DNA of 64,000 bases, from contig CAIVJR010000003.1 of NCBI GenBank assembly GCA_903906305.1, positions 58,875 through 122,874 of the forward strand, in the 5' to 3' direction. Origin of the DNA: an uncultured bacterium. GTDB lineage: Bacteria > Patescibacteriota > Dojkabacteria > SC72. Under the pieces are notes generated by a model, which saw nothing but the letters and a program-made list of their open reading frames with translations, was not told the origin of the DNA and ran no database searches. Shown here piece after piece: positions 46,237 through 55,596 of the stretch. Numbering within the stretch: the first letter of the stretch is position 1; each line of letters starts with the position of its first letter. A program made the translations under genes and the position numbers.

Positions 46237-46980
46237 TCATATTTGAAGATATTTAAGAACCCAATTCCAAATTTCTTCACCATATACAGTAGATATGACA
46301 AACGCAATACTTAAGAAAGGTACCATGGGAACTTTTGCTTTCTTAATACTAATCTTCTTTACAATGATGAAGACTACGGAGTAGAGGAGTGCGATGATAA
46401 CTGATAACCAGAAGAAGATAACAAATTGTTCTTTGCTAAGTAATATTCCAAGCCCCAATATTAAAAGAATGTCTCCCAAACCGAAAGATTTCTTTAATAG
46501 ATTTATTATTAACAAAGATATACCTATTAATACTGGAAGGTATATTTTTGTAATATCGAATGTAAAAGCAAATATTAATAAACATAGTCCTAAAAATATA
46601 TGTGTAAGATTCTTTGGGATTCCAAATTCCTTAATATCATAGTTACTTAATACAAATAGAAAAAGAATTATTATATAGAAGTAGAAGGAGATAGAGTATA
46701 GAAAGAAGAGTAGAAATACAGTTCCTAAAAGGAATTCCGAAATTGGATAGTATGGGTTAATTTTTGCCCCACAATATTTACATTTTCCTTGGTTGATTAG
46801 GAAACCCAAAATAGGGAATAAATCTATCCAAGAGAGTGAATGCTTACAAGTCTCACAGTGTGAGCTCTGAGTTAACAATTCTTTCCATTTAAATTTTTTT
46901 TCTATTCTGTAGAGCGTAGCATTAATGAAGCTCGCGAGTGCTGCACCAATACAGAAGATACACATATATGTGATAATCAT
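46237..46980 (-). CDS. pilD: Prepilin peptidase (A24 family)
   Basis: N-terminal tetra-Cys zinc motif (CETCKH...CKYCG). Polytopic membrane protein with DxxD-type acidic residues (GLGDILL). Confidence 0.8.
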   Translation of the reverse strand: MIITYMCIFCIGAALASFINATLYRIEKKFKWKELLTQSSHCETCKHSLSWIDLFPILGFLINQGKCKYCGAKINPYYPISEFLLGTVFLLFFLYSISFYFYIIILFLFVLSNYDIKEFGIPKNLTHIFLGLCLLIFAFTFDITKIYLPVLIGISLLIINLLKKSFGLGDILLILGLGILLSKEQFVIFFWLSVIIALLYSVVFIIVKKISIKKAKVPMVPFLSIAFVISTVYGEEIWNWVLKYLQI

Positions 46981-47012
46981 GTTCTAATTATATACTGTTG
47001 AGTTAAATAAAA

Positions 47013-47033
47013 AACCCCTCATAGCGAGGGGTT
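47013..47033. terminator. Strong bidirectional rho-independent terminator after the major pilin gene
   Basis: AACCCCTC-ATAGC-GAGGGGTT hairpin flanked by A/T tracts on both sides (AAAAAACCCCTCATAGCGAGGGGTTTTTAAA). Confidence 0.8.
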
Positions 47034-47056
47034 TTTAAATTCACAATAAAGCTATA

Positions 47057-47584
47057 CTAGTTCCAAACTTTTCCATCCCAATCAGACTGCGTTAAGCCTG
47101 CACCACCTGTCAAGAATGTATTTCCTGTAGCAACATCTTTACTTGTAATAGCAGGTGTTACGATATTTGTTGATCCGAAGCTATTACCATTACAGTAGTA
47201 ACCTAATCCTTTGTCATCGTCTACACCACCTTTAGAAACACATACTAGAACTTCCTGTTGATCATCAGAGGCAGCAAAATAGTATGTTGCTCCTGTACCA
47301 CCATTGAAAGCACCTTGATCCATATATCTGCCTAATAAAGCATCCGTAGATATCAAATATTCAGGAGTATTAGTAACACCATCATCAGGGAACTCTCTGT
47401 TATCAGTATAATATGCCTGTAAAGCAGTATAAATCTGATCTACAACATTCTGATGTGCAACATCATTAGCTCTATTGATAGCAAATCTTCCAGCAGTGAT
47501 ACCTACAGCCATCAAGATAATAAGGATACCCATAACGATAAGCATTTCTACTAATGTGAATGCTTCATAGAGATTCTTTCTCAT
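47057..47584 (-). CDS. pilA: Major type IV pilin (PilA-like)
   Basis: EAFTLVEMLIVMGILIILMAVGI prepilin N-terminus with Glu5. Own upstream region and a strong terminator downstream. Confidence 0.8.
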   Translation of the reverse strand: MRKNLYEAFTLVEMLIVMGILIILMAVGITAGRFAINRANDVAHQNVVDQIYTALQAYYTDNREFPDDGVTNTPEYLISTDALLGRYMDQGAFNGGTGATYYFAASDDQQEVLVCVSKGGVDDDKGLGYYCNGNSFGSTNIVTPAITSKDVATGNTFLTGGAGLTQSDWDGKVWN

Positions 47585-47655
47585 GTTTAATTAGACAGTT
47601 TATTAATTTAACTAATTTAAGATTACAAAACTTTTAATACCTTGTCAATGACGAT

Positions 47656-48867
47656 TTAACCTATCGCTGAAGACAGTTGGAACATAGGCATATAAACGCC
47701 TAAAGCAATAAATCCGATTGCCAATCCCATGATAATTAGGAATACCGGCTCCAACACCGATGCCATATTTGTAGTAGCCACATCAACCTCTTCCTTGTAA
47801 TATTGTGACACCTTTGTTAATACCGCATCAATTTCTCCTGTCTCTTCTCCAACCGCAATCATACTGCTAACGAGTAGGGGGAAGTATTCGCTTCTTGCAA
47901 TTGGCAATGCTAAGGCACCACCTTTCTCAACTTCAGATTTGGCTTCAATAATTGTATCTCTAAACATACTATTACTGAGTGAAGAAGCGGTTAATTCCAA
48001 AGCTTTAATAATTGATAATCCACTTCCAAGGAGTAGGGCCAATATTCTTGTAAATTGTGATAACTGCATCTTTGTAATGATCCCTCCAATAATGGGAATT
48101 TTCAAAACTAATTTATCCCAACTTCTTTTTCCTTTTGGTGAATCGAGATAATATTTGCCTCCGATTACCAATACGGCGATAACAACCAAGATTGCCCACC
48201 AATAGCCAATAAAGAACGAGCTCATACTCATCAACATTCTTGTAACCAATGGTAATTCAGCTCCAAAGTCACCATAAATTTGAGCCATGGAAGGTATGAG
48301 TACCATCATCATCAGTACTACAACTACAACAATGACTACCAATATAATTATTGGGTAGATCATTGCAGATTTTAATTTGCTGGATAAGCTATTTTTTTCT
48401 TCTAACTCAGTTGCTAGTCTTTCCAATATTACTTCTAATTTTCCACTCTCTTCACCTGCTTCTATTAAGTTTAATGTGACATCATCGTAGATTTCGTCCT
48501 GTTCTCTAAAAGATATTGATAATGATTTTCCAGATTGAACTGACGATAGAACCTCTTTTAGCACACGTTTGAAGAATGGATTCCCTGCTTGTTGGACCAT
48601 AATCTCTAAAGCCCTTGTAAGGGGCAAGCCCGCACCAACCATTGTGGACATCTGTCGCATGAAGATAACTTTTTCTTTATCGGGGACTCCTCCAATATTA
48701 ATCTCAGATAGCTTTTCGAAATCAATTCCCATTCCTTCTTTCACACTTACTACTATCAACCCTCTATCATGCAGTATATCTGTTACTGATTCTGGATCTC
48801 TAGCTTCAATTTCTCCTGTAACAATCTTTCCTTTTACATCTCTTGCTGAATATTTGAATTTCTTCAT
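47656..48867 (-). CDS. pilC: Type IV pilus platform protein PilC (GspF family)
   Basis: Two GspF-like repeats, each with TM segments (MSTMVGAGLPLTRALE ... LALLLGSGLSIIKALE). Confidence 0.88.
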   Translation of the reverse strand: MKKFKYSARDVKGKIVTGEIEARDPESVTDILHDRGLIVVSVKEGMGIDFEKLSEINIGGVPDKEKVIFMRQMSTMVGAGLPLTRALEIMVQQAGNPFFKRVLKEVLSSVQSGKSLSISFREQDEIYDDVTLNLIEAGEESGKLEVILERLATELEEKNSLSSKLKSAMIYPIIILVVIVVVVVLMMMVLIPSMAQIYGDFGAELPLVTRMLMSMSSFFIGYWWAILVVIAVLVIGGKYYLDSPKGKRSWDKLVLKIPIIGGIITKMQLSQFTRILALLLGSGLSIIKALELTASSLSNSMFRDTIIEAKSEVEKGGALALPIARSEYFPLLVSSMIAVGEETGEIDAVLTKVSQYYKEEVDVATTNMASVLEPVFLIIMGLAIGFIALGVYMPMFQLSSAIG

Positions 48868-48868
48868 T

Positions 48869-50428
48869 TTAATTCTTTAATAATCTTAAGACTTCCTCTG
48901 GGAATACTGCATATTCCTGTGCTTTTTGTACAGAAATAATGCCTTCTCTAACAAGATTTACGAGTGACTTTTCAAGAGAGATCATCCCTATATCTGAGCT
49001 TGTTCTAATAACGTTATCTATCTGGTTAGTTTTTCCTTCCCTAATTAAGTTTCCTACAGCAGAGTTTTTCAACATAATCTCAGATACAGCTCTTCTCCCA
49101 CCTTTTTCAAGAGGTATTAGTCTTTGAGCAACAACTGCTTCTAAAATGTTTGATAACTGTGCACGAACCTGGGATTGTTGATTATCTGGGAACACATCAA
49201 TGATACGATCAATTGTCTGCGATGCACTGTTAGTATGTAATGTTGCAAATACTAGATGTCCTGTTTCTGCCAAAGTAATTGTAGCTGATATTGTTTCAAG
49301 ATCTCTCATTTCCCCAACAAGCAATACGTCGGGATCTTGCCTTAACGCACTTCGAAGCGCAATATCCCATGAGTGAGTATCGTCATTCATTTCTCTTTGA
49401 TCAATCAATGCTTTCTTTCCCTCAAATACATATTCCACTGGATCTTCAATGGTTACGATGTGGCAGAATCTCGTTCGGTTAATGTCTTCAAGTAGACTTG
49501 CAAGTGTAGTACTTTTACCATGCCCTGTCGGACCAGTGACAAGTATCAATCCTTGTTTTAGTTTCGTAAATTGATGATACATTTGAGGTAACATCAATTC
49601 TTCAATTGTTCTAATTCTTGATGGTATCAATCTGAAGGCTGCACTCAAGTTCTTCATTGCGTAGTATGCATTGATTCTGAATCGTGCGTTAGAACCTCCT
49701 TCATAGGTATATGCCAAATCAATTTCTCTATTTACTTCCAAGAGTTCCTTTTTTTCATCAGAGAGAATTGAAAGGATTAACTCTTCAGCATCTTCCGGAT
49801 TTAGTATCCTATCTCCAACATCTTCTAGTTCACCATCAACTCTAATTACTGGAGGATATCCCGATGCTATATGTAAATCTGAAGCGTTTCGACTTATTGT
49901 TAATGCTAATAGGTCTTCTATTTTGTACTTAGAGTTATTAGTGCCGTTGATGGAGTAATTGGGATGGTTATGATCGGTAGAGCCCGAGGTCTCATTTACA
50001 ACATTGCTTGGAATTGGGACTTCTACAGGTTTCGCCAAGTTATTTGATTTAGGTTCTCTATCCATAGCTTTTGGTTTCTTAAACTCAGGCATAATATCAT
50101 CAAGGTTATTTCCTGATCTACCCAAAGAATCCAATGTCATATTAGAAGAGGGTAGAGGAGAAGGTCCATCAGGCAACATCCCAACATCTGTGAATGTTTT
50201 ATCCAAATTCGGTAAGACAGTTGGTTGAGCAACATATGAATTGACTTTTTGTGGTTCCGTAGGAACCTGATTTATTTCATCAATCTTTTGTGAAATTTGA
50301 GAAATATCATTGACAGTCGGAGATGCTGGTTGAACAGGTTGTACTGCGGGAGCAACAACAGGAGCATTAGCTGGAACATTAGTGTATCCAAATTTTACAT
50401 TGTTATCTTGGGCAGTATTATTATCCAT
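48869..50428 (-). CDS. pilT: PilT-family retraction ATPase with a ~170-aa Pro-rich N-terminal extension
   Basis: Core IEDLLALTISRNASDLHI...GYPPVIRVDG (PilT N-terminus), Walker A GPTGHGKSTT, VEYVFEG, DPDVLLVGEMRD, GHLVFATLHTNSA. A low-complexity region precedes the core (PANAPVVAPAVQPVQPASP). Confidence 0.85.
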   Translation of the reverse strand: MDNNTAQDNNVKFGYTNVPANAPVVAPAVQPVQPASPTVNDISQISQKIDEINQVPTEPQKVNSYVAQPTVLPNLDKTFTDVGMLPDGPSPLPSSNMTLDSLGRSGNNLDDIMPEFKKPKAMDREPKSNNLAKPVEVPIPSNVVNETSGSTDHNHPNYSINGTNNSKYKIEDLLALTISRNASDLHIASGYPPVIRVDGELEDVGDRILNPEDAEELILSILSDEKKELLEVNREIDLAYTYEGGSNARFRINAYYAMKNLSAAFRLIPSRIRTIEELMLPQMYHQFTKLKQGLILVTGPTGHGKSTTLASLLEDINRTRFCHIVTIEDPVEYVFEGKKALIDQREMNDDTHSWDIALRSALRQDPDVLLVGEMRDLETISATITLAETGHLVFATLHTNSASQTIDRIIDVFPDNQQSQVRAQLSNILEAVVAQRLIPLEKGGRRAVSEIMLKNSAVGNLIREGKTNQIDNVIRTSSDIGMISLEKSLVNLVREGIISVQKAQEYAVFPEEVLRLLKN

Positions 50429-50448
50429 TCTTTATTTATATCAAAAAT

Positions 50449-52266
50449 TTACTCTTTTGACACTCTCATAACTTCTTCAATTGTGGTTATGCCTTCGAGT
50501 GCCTTTAGGTAACCATCTTCTATCATTGTTAGCATTCCTTGCTCTTGAGCAACTTTCTCAATATCTTTGTCTGTTACTGTTTCCATCATCATTCTGCTCA
50601 ATTTGTCAGTAATATCTAATACCTCAAAAATACCAATTCGTCCGGAATATCCAGTTCCTCCACATTTATCACATCCCTTTCCGCGATATAGATATAGGAT
50701 TGGTTGACCATCTGGTCCAACTTCTGGAGCTTTGAAAGCAGAACTTCTTGGGATGAAATTGAATTCGGCTGATGTGTTTGCAGAAGCACCAACTCTAGTA
50801 AGGTATTGGATCACATCAAAACCAGGGACGCTACTCATCTCTTCTTTGATATTTTGTACTACTTCTGGAAGTGCCGGATATGCTTCAACACAATGTTCAC
50901 ATACCTTTCGAGGTAATCTTTGAGCTGCTATGGTTCTAATAGTTGAAGAGAGTAGGTATGGTTCAATTCCCATATCTAACAATCTTGGTATAGCTGCAGC
51001 CGCACTATTTGTGTGGAGAGTTGAAAGTACTAAGTGACCAGTCAAGGATGCTTGAACAGCGAGCTGAGCTGTTTCTTGATCACGGATTTCTCCGACCATT
51101 ACTATGTCTGGGTCTTGTCTTAATACAGATCTAAGTCCAGTTGCGAATGTAAGGCCAGCATCAGGATTAATTTGCACCTGAGTGACACCTGGGACACGGA
51201 TTTCAACTGGATTTTCTAAAGATATGATATTTACTTTTGAGTCGTTAACCTTCATCAAAGAACAAGCCAATGTACGAGTTTTACCACTACCGGTTGGACC
51301 AGTAACAAGTACGATACCATTGGTAACGCCAAGTCCATCTAGAAATATCTTGTATGCATGCCCACGCATACCTGTGGACTCCAGTGTAACATTGGATGTA
51401 TCCGATTCCAAAAGACGCATAACGACCTTTTCTCCATATATGGTTGGCATCGTAGAAACACGAAGATCTATCTTCGCACCATTTACTTTGATTGGGAATC
51501 TACCGTCCTGAGGAATACGTTTTTCATCAATCTTTAAATTTGAGAGAATCTTTATACGAGAAATAACCGCAGGATTTAATGTCGCAGGAAGGGTAAGTCT
51601 TTCAGTCATAACACCATTGATTCTAAATCTGACTCTCGTTTTCTTTTCCATAGGTTCAATATGGATATCTGAGGCTTGAGAGATTGCTGCATACTGAAGG
51701 ATTGCATTCACGATTCTAGCAATAGGGGCGCTTGAAAGATCTGTACTTGTTAAAATATTTGGATCCTCATTAATCTCTGTAACTGGCATTTCCACATCCT
51801 CCAACGCTTCTGTGACCTCTGTACTCATCGTTTCCCCAACTCTTCGATCTAATATATATCCAATACTTTCTGCAGTAGTAATATATACTTGAATTCTTGT
51901 ACCTGCAGGATATTTTCTTTGAAGTGCTTGTGTAGCTTGAATATCAAAAGGATCCTGCATCGCTATCTTTACAGCATCTTGAGCTCTCTCGAACGGGACT
52001 GCTCTATATTTTTGTAAAGCGTCTACACTAACTTCAGATATGATACTTTCTTGAATTTCAACCTCTTTCAAATTGACATATGGTATACCAAAGATTTCTG
52101 CTTTTGCTTGTGCAATTTGATCATCGTTTGCCAATATCATCTCCTTGATTATTGTTTCCTCACTTTTTTGACTACGGCTTCTTTCAACAAGGACCTTTCT
52201 TGCGTTATCGTCATTGATTATTCCCTTACTTTGAAAGTATTTTAAAAGCGAACTTTTAGTTATCAT
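50449..52266 (-). CDS. pilB: Type IV pilus assembly ATPase PilB (GspE family)
   Basis: N-terminal T2SSE_N-like domain. Walker A VTGPTGSGKTRTL. GHLVLSTLHTNSAAAAIPRL. Tetra-Cys (CEHC...CDKCGG). Confidence 0.9.
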   Translation of the reverse strand: MITKSSLLKYFQSKGIINDDNARKVLVERSRSQKSEETIIKEMILANDDQIAQAKAEIFGIPYVNLKEVEIQESIISEVSVDALQKYRAVPFERAQDAVKIAMQDPFDIQATQALQRKYPAGTRIQVYITTAESIGYILDRRVGETMSTEVTEALEDVEMPVTEINEDPNILTSTDLSSAPIARIVNAILQYAAISQASDIHIEPMEKKTRVRFRINGVMTERLTLPATLNPAVISRIKILSNLKIDEKRIPQDGRFPIKVNGAKIDLRVSTMPTIYGEKVVMRLLESDTSNVTLESTGMRGHAYKIFLDGLGVTNGIVLVTGPTGSGKTRTLACSLMKVNDSKVNIISLENPVEIRVPGVTQVQINPDAGLTFATGLRSVLRQDPDIVMVGEIRDQETAQLAVQASLTGHLVLSTLHTNSAAAAIPRLLDMGIEPYLLSSTIRTIAAQRLPRKVCEHCVEAYPALPEVVQNIKEEMSSVPGFDVIQYLTRVGASANTSAEFNFIPRSSAFKAPEVGPDGQPILYLYRGKGCDKCGGTGYSGRIGIFEVLDITDKLSRMMMETVTDKDIEKVAQEQGMLTMIEDGYLKALEGITTIEEVMRVSKE

Positions 52267-52367
52267 TGGGCAGCAGTTTGTAATCTAATACTTCATTCAG
52301 TTTATGATAACCGGTATAGAGAGTCAATGATTGATAGTAATTGAATATCATATGGTAGAATAGGCAT

Positions 52368-53045
52368 ATGACATATCTATTCATAAGTAAAAATACACAA
52401 CGGCAAACTAACTATTTAACGAAGTTTGTATCCGAACTCCTTGGCCAAGAGATATCATCAATACAAGAAACCCCCGATATTCATATATTAGATAGGAGAG
52501 AAGAGAATAGTATTGGAATCGAAGAGGTGAAAGAATTCATAAAAGAAATGATCTTCAAGCCCTTTGGAACTTCTAAACAAGTTGCCATAATATATGAGGC
52601 AGAGAAATTAACACCACAAGCTCAAAATTCTTTTTTAAAAACATTAGAAGAGAGCAGTGACGATACAATATATATACTTTGTGTAAATAACGAGAAGAAT
52701 GTTCTACCAACAATATATTCAAGATCAAAGCCAATATATATCAACCAAGGAATTACTGAAACATCAGAAGAGTCAAAACCACCAATTCTCGATCAAGATC
52801 TGGTAGAGCAGTTTGGATACATTGACAGTATTTCAAAAGAGAAAGTAAAATGCCTTGAATTACTAAGCGAAATAGAGGAGTACTTTAGACAAGAACTTGA
52901 AAAGGAAATTAAAAATGATAATATAAATAGCTCTAGGGCTATTTCAGAGCGATTAAAGTATGTACAAGAGACTAGAGATAAGATAAACAGCAATTGTAAT
53001 AAAAAGCTTGTATTAGAGGCTTTGCTGTTATATCTAAACGCTTAA
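52368..53045 (+). CDS. holB: DNA polymerase III delta'/delta-like clamp-loader subunit (short, no P-loop)
   Basis: QVAIIYEAEKLTPQAQNSFLKTLEE...IYILCVNN...LPTIYSRSKPIYI resembles the sensor-1 region and the SRC motif (here SRS) of delta'. Located upstream of gyrB. Confidence 0.5.
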   Translation: MTYLFISKNTQRQTNYLTKFVSELLGQEISSIQETPDIHILDRREENSIGIEEVKEFIKEMIFKPFGTSKQVAIIYEAEKLTPQAQNSFLKTLEESSDDTIYILCVNNEKNVLPTIYSRSKPIYINQGITETSEESKPPILDQDLVEQFGYIDSISKEKVKCLELLSEIEEYFRQELEKEIKNDNINSSRAISERLKYVQETRDKINSNCNKKLVLEALLLYLNA

Positions 53046-53117
53046 CATTTACTCCTAAAAAAGGTAAAATATAGGGTATTTTGACTGGTAAACTAAATTA
53101 CGAAAACCACATATATA

Positions 53118-55034
53118 ATGACCAAACAAAGTGATTATGGAGCATCTAACATTCAAGTTTTAAAAGGATTAGAAGCTGTTAGAAAACGACCAGCAATGTA
53201 CATCGGCTCTACCGATAAGTTTGGTTTACATCACATATTCACTGAAATTTTAGATAACTCAGTAGATGAAGCATTAGCAGGCTATTGTTCACATATATGG
53301 GTAATATTCAATAAAGATGGATCTCTAACAGTTAGAGATAACGGTAGAGGTATTCCTGTTGAAATGCATCCTGAAACAAAAGTTTCCACTCTAGAAACCG
53401 TTATGACCAATCTCCACGCCGGAGGTAAGTTTGATGGTGGAGCATACAAAGTATCAGGAGGGTTACACGGTGTTGGTATGAAATGTACCAATGCACTATC
53501 TGAGTGGATGATTACAACTGTCAGAAAAGAAGATGGATTGTATCAACAAAGATATGAGAGAGGTATTCCTATGGATCCTGTAAAGAGGATAGGTGATTCT
53601 ACAGAGCCAGGGACTGGTACAGAGCATACATTCAAACCTGACAAACAGATATTTGATACCATAGATTTTGATTTCCATACAATTGTTAAAAGTTGTAGAC
53701 AACATGCATATTTAACTGCAGGGCTAAGAATTACCATAACGGATGCAAGAGAAGCAAAGGCCAGAAATTACGATGTATATTTTGAAGATGGAATTAAATC
53801 ATATGTACAGTTCCTAGTTGTAAACGAAAAGCCAATCAGCACAGAGCCTTTCTACATGAACAAGGAAGAAGAAAATGTTGTAGTAGAAGTAGCTATGCAA
53901 TATACCGATAGCTTAGAGGAAGATGTTCGATGCTATACAAATAACATCATCAATCCAGAAGGTGGTACCCATTTAGCAGGTTTTAGAACTGCTCTTACTA
54001 GCGCATTGAATTCATATGCTCAAAAATCTGATCTCCTAAAAGGGCTTAGCGCAGGTTTAAGTGGAGACGATGTAAGAGAAGGATTAACCGCAGTTATTTC
54101 AGTAAAGGTTCCAGATCCTCAATTTGAAGGTCAGACCAAGATCAAGTTAAATAATCCAGAAGTAAAAAGTATAGTAGGAAAAGTTGTAAGAGATGAACTT
54201 CTAACGTACTTAGACGAACATCCAACAGAAGCAAAATCCATAATTGGAAAGGCTGTACTTTCAAACAAAGCAAAAGCGGCAGCAAAGGCTGCAAGAGATG
54301 CCGTAATACGAAAAGGTGCATTAGAATCTACAAACCTACCAGGTAAACTAGCAGATTGTAGTAGTAAGGATCCAGCAGAGAGTGAGCTATTCATAGTTGA
54401 GGGAAACTCAGCAGGTGGTTCTGCAAAACAGGGTAGGGATAGACATACACAAGCTATTCTTCCTTTAAGAGGTAAGATTTTGAATACACATAAATACAGA
54501 ATTGACAGAGTATTGGGCAATGAAGAATTCAACAACATAACTACTGCTTTAGGAGTAGGGATTGGGGATACATTAGACGTTAAGAAGCTTAGATATCACA
54601 AAATCATCATCATGAGTGATGCAGACGTTGATGGACTCCATATCACTGACTTAGTATTAACATTGCTCTTCAGATTCTTTAGACCCTTAATCGAGCAAGG
54701 TTATGTATATGTTGCACAACCACCTCTACACAAAGTAGAAATAGGAAAAAAGAAATACTACCTTTTAAACGATGCTGAAAAAGATGCGTTTGTTAAAGAA
54801 GCTAAAGAGGAAGGGAAAACAGTGGTAGCAAATAGATTTAAAGGTTTAGGAGAAATGAATCCAGAACAGCTTTGGGAAACTACCATGAATCCTGCATCTA
54901 GAGTTTTGAAGAGGGTACACATTGAAGATGCAGAAGAAGCGGAACAGACCTTTGAGCTATTAATGGGCAATGAGGTTCCTCCTAGAAGAAGGTTTATACA
55001 AACCTATGCAACTAAAGCTAACTTAGATATTTAA
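53118..55034 (+). CDS. gyrB: DNA gyrase subunit B
   Basis: VRKRPAMYIGST, GGLHGVGMKCTNALS, Toprim EGNSAGGSAKQGRDR and QAILPLRGKILN, MSDADVDGLHI. Confidence 0.95.
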   Translation: MTKQSDYGASNIQVLKGLEAVRKRPAMYIGSTDKFGLHHIFTEILDNSVDEALAGYCSHIWVIFNKDGSLTVRDNGRGIPVEMHPETKVSTLETVMTNLHAGGKFDGGAYKVSGGLHGVGMKCTNALSEWMITTVRKEDGLYQQRYERGIPMDPVKRIGDSTEPGTGTEHTFKPDKQIFDTIDFDFHTIVKSCRQHAYLTAGLRITITDAREAKARNYDVYFEDGIKSYVQFLVVNEKPISTEPFYMNKEEENVVVEVAMQYTDSLEEDVRCYTNNIINPEGGTHLAGFRTALTSALNSYAQKSDLLKGLSAGLSGDDVREGLTAVISVKVPDPQFEGQTKIKLNNPEVKSIVGKVVRDELLTYLDEHPTEAKSIIGKAVLSNKAKAAAKAARDAVIRKGALESTNLPGKLADCSSKDPAESELFIVEGNSAGGSAKQGRDRHTQAILPLRGKILNTHKYRIDRVLGNEEFNNITTALGVGIGDTLDVKKLRYHKIIIMSDADVDGLHITDLVLTLLFRFFRPLIEQGYVYVAQPPLHKVEIGKKKYYLLNDAEKDAFVKEAKEEGKTVVANRFKGLGEMNPEQLWETTMNPASRVLKRVHIEDAEEAEQTFELLMGNEVPPRRRFIQTYATKANLDI

Positions 55035-55038
55035 AGCT

Positions 55039-55587
55039 ATGGCAGACAGTTTTAACGATGACAAAATAAGAAAACCGGGACTTATAAGAAGCATTACAAG
55101 AGGTTTAACACAAACAGATGTTCCTCTTTATAAAGCAGATGAATTTGAGCATAAGAAGAAGAAAGATGATGGTTATGACATCCCTAGTGTGAATAGTACT
55201 ATCTCCATTATTAGCGCATTAAAGAGAGATCCTAATCAGAAGCCATATCAAACATTTGCAGAAAAAAGCCAGGTGATACCAAAGTATACTGTCTGGGTAT
55301 CTATGGGGCAAAAGATTGAGGGCACAGACTATCCAACAATGATTCTTATGGGAGGAATGAGTTTCAACAAGGGTGAGAAGAATGAAAGAATTCTCATCAA
55401 TACAGTTGAAGGCATTCTGAATGGTGAACCCGTTGAAAAAGTTCGAGAAGAGACTATCGATTCATTAGTAGAGTATACGCAAGAATTCAAAGAAGCAAGA
55501 TATGATCAAGAGGGAAGCTTAAAACAAGCCCAAGAAGCACAGAAAAAAGACTCTGCACAAGAGAGCGAACCTAAATCTATTTTTTAA
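55039..55587 (+). CDS. Hypothetical protein encoded between gyrB and gyrA
   Basis: 182-aa ORF. Starts 5 nt after the gyrB stop and ends 10 nt before the gyrA start. No recognisable domain. Confidence 0.5.
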   Translation: MADSFNDDKIRKPGLIRSITRGLTQTDVPLYKADEFEHKKKKDDGYDIPSVNSTISIISALKRDPNQKPYQTFAEKSQVIPKYTVWVSMGQKIEGTDYPTMILMGGMSFNKGEKNERILINTVEGILNGEPVEKVREETIDSLVEYTQEFKEARYDQEGSLKQAQEAQKKDSAQESEPKSIF

Positions 55588-55596
55588 AGAAAAATC

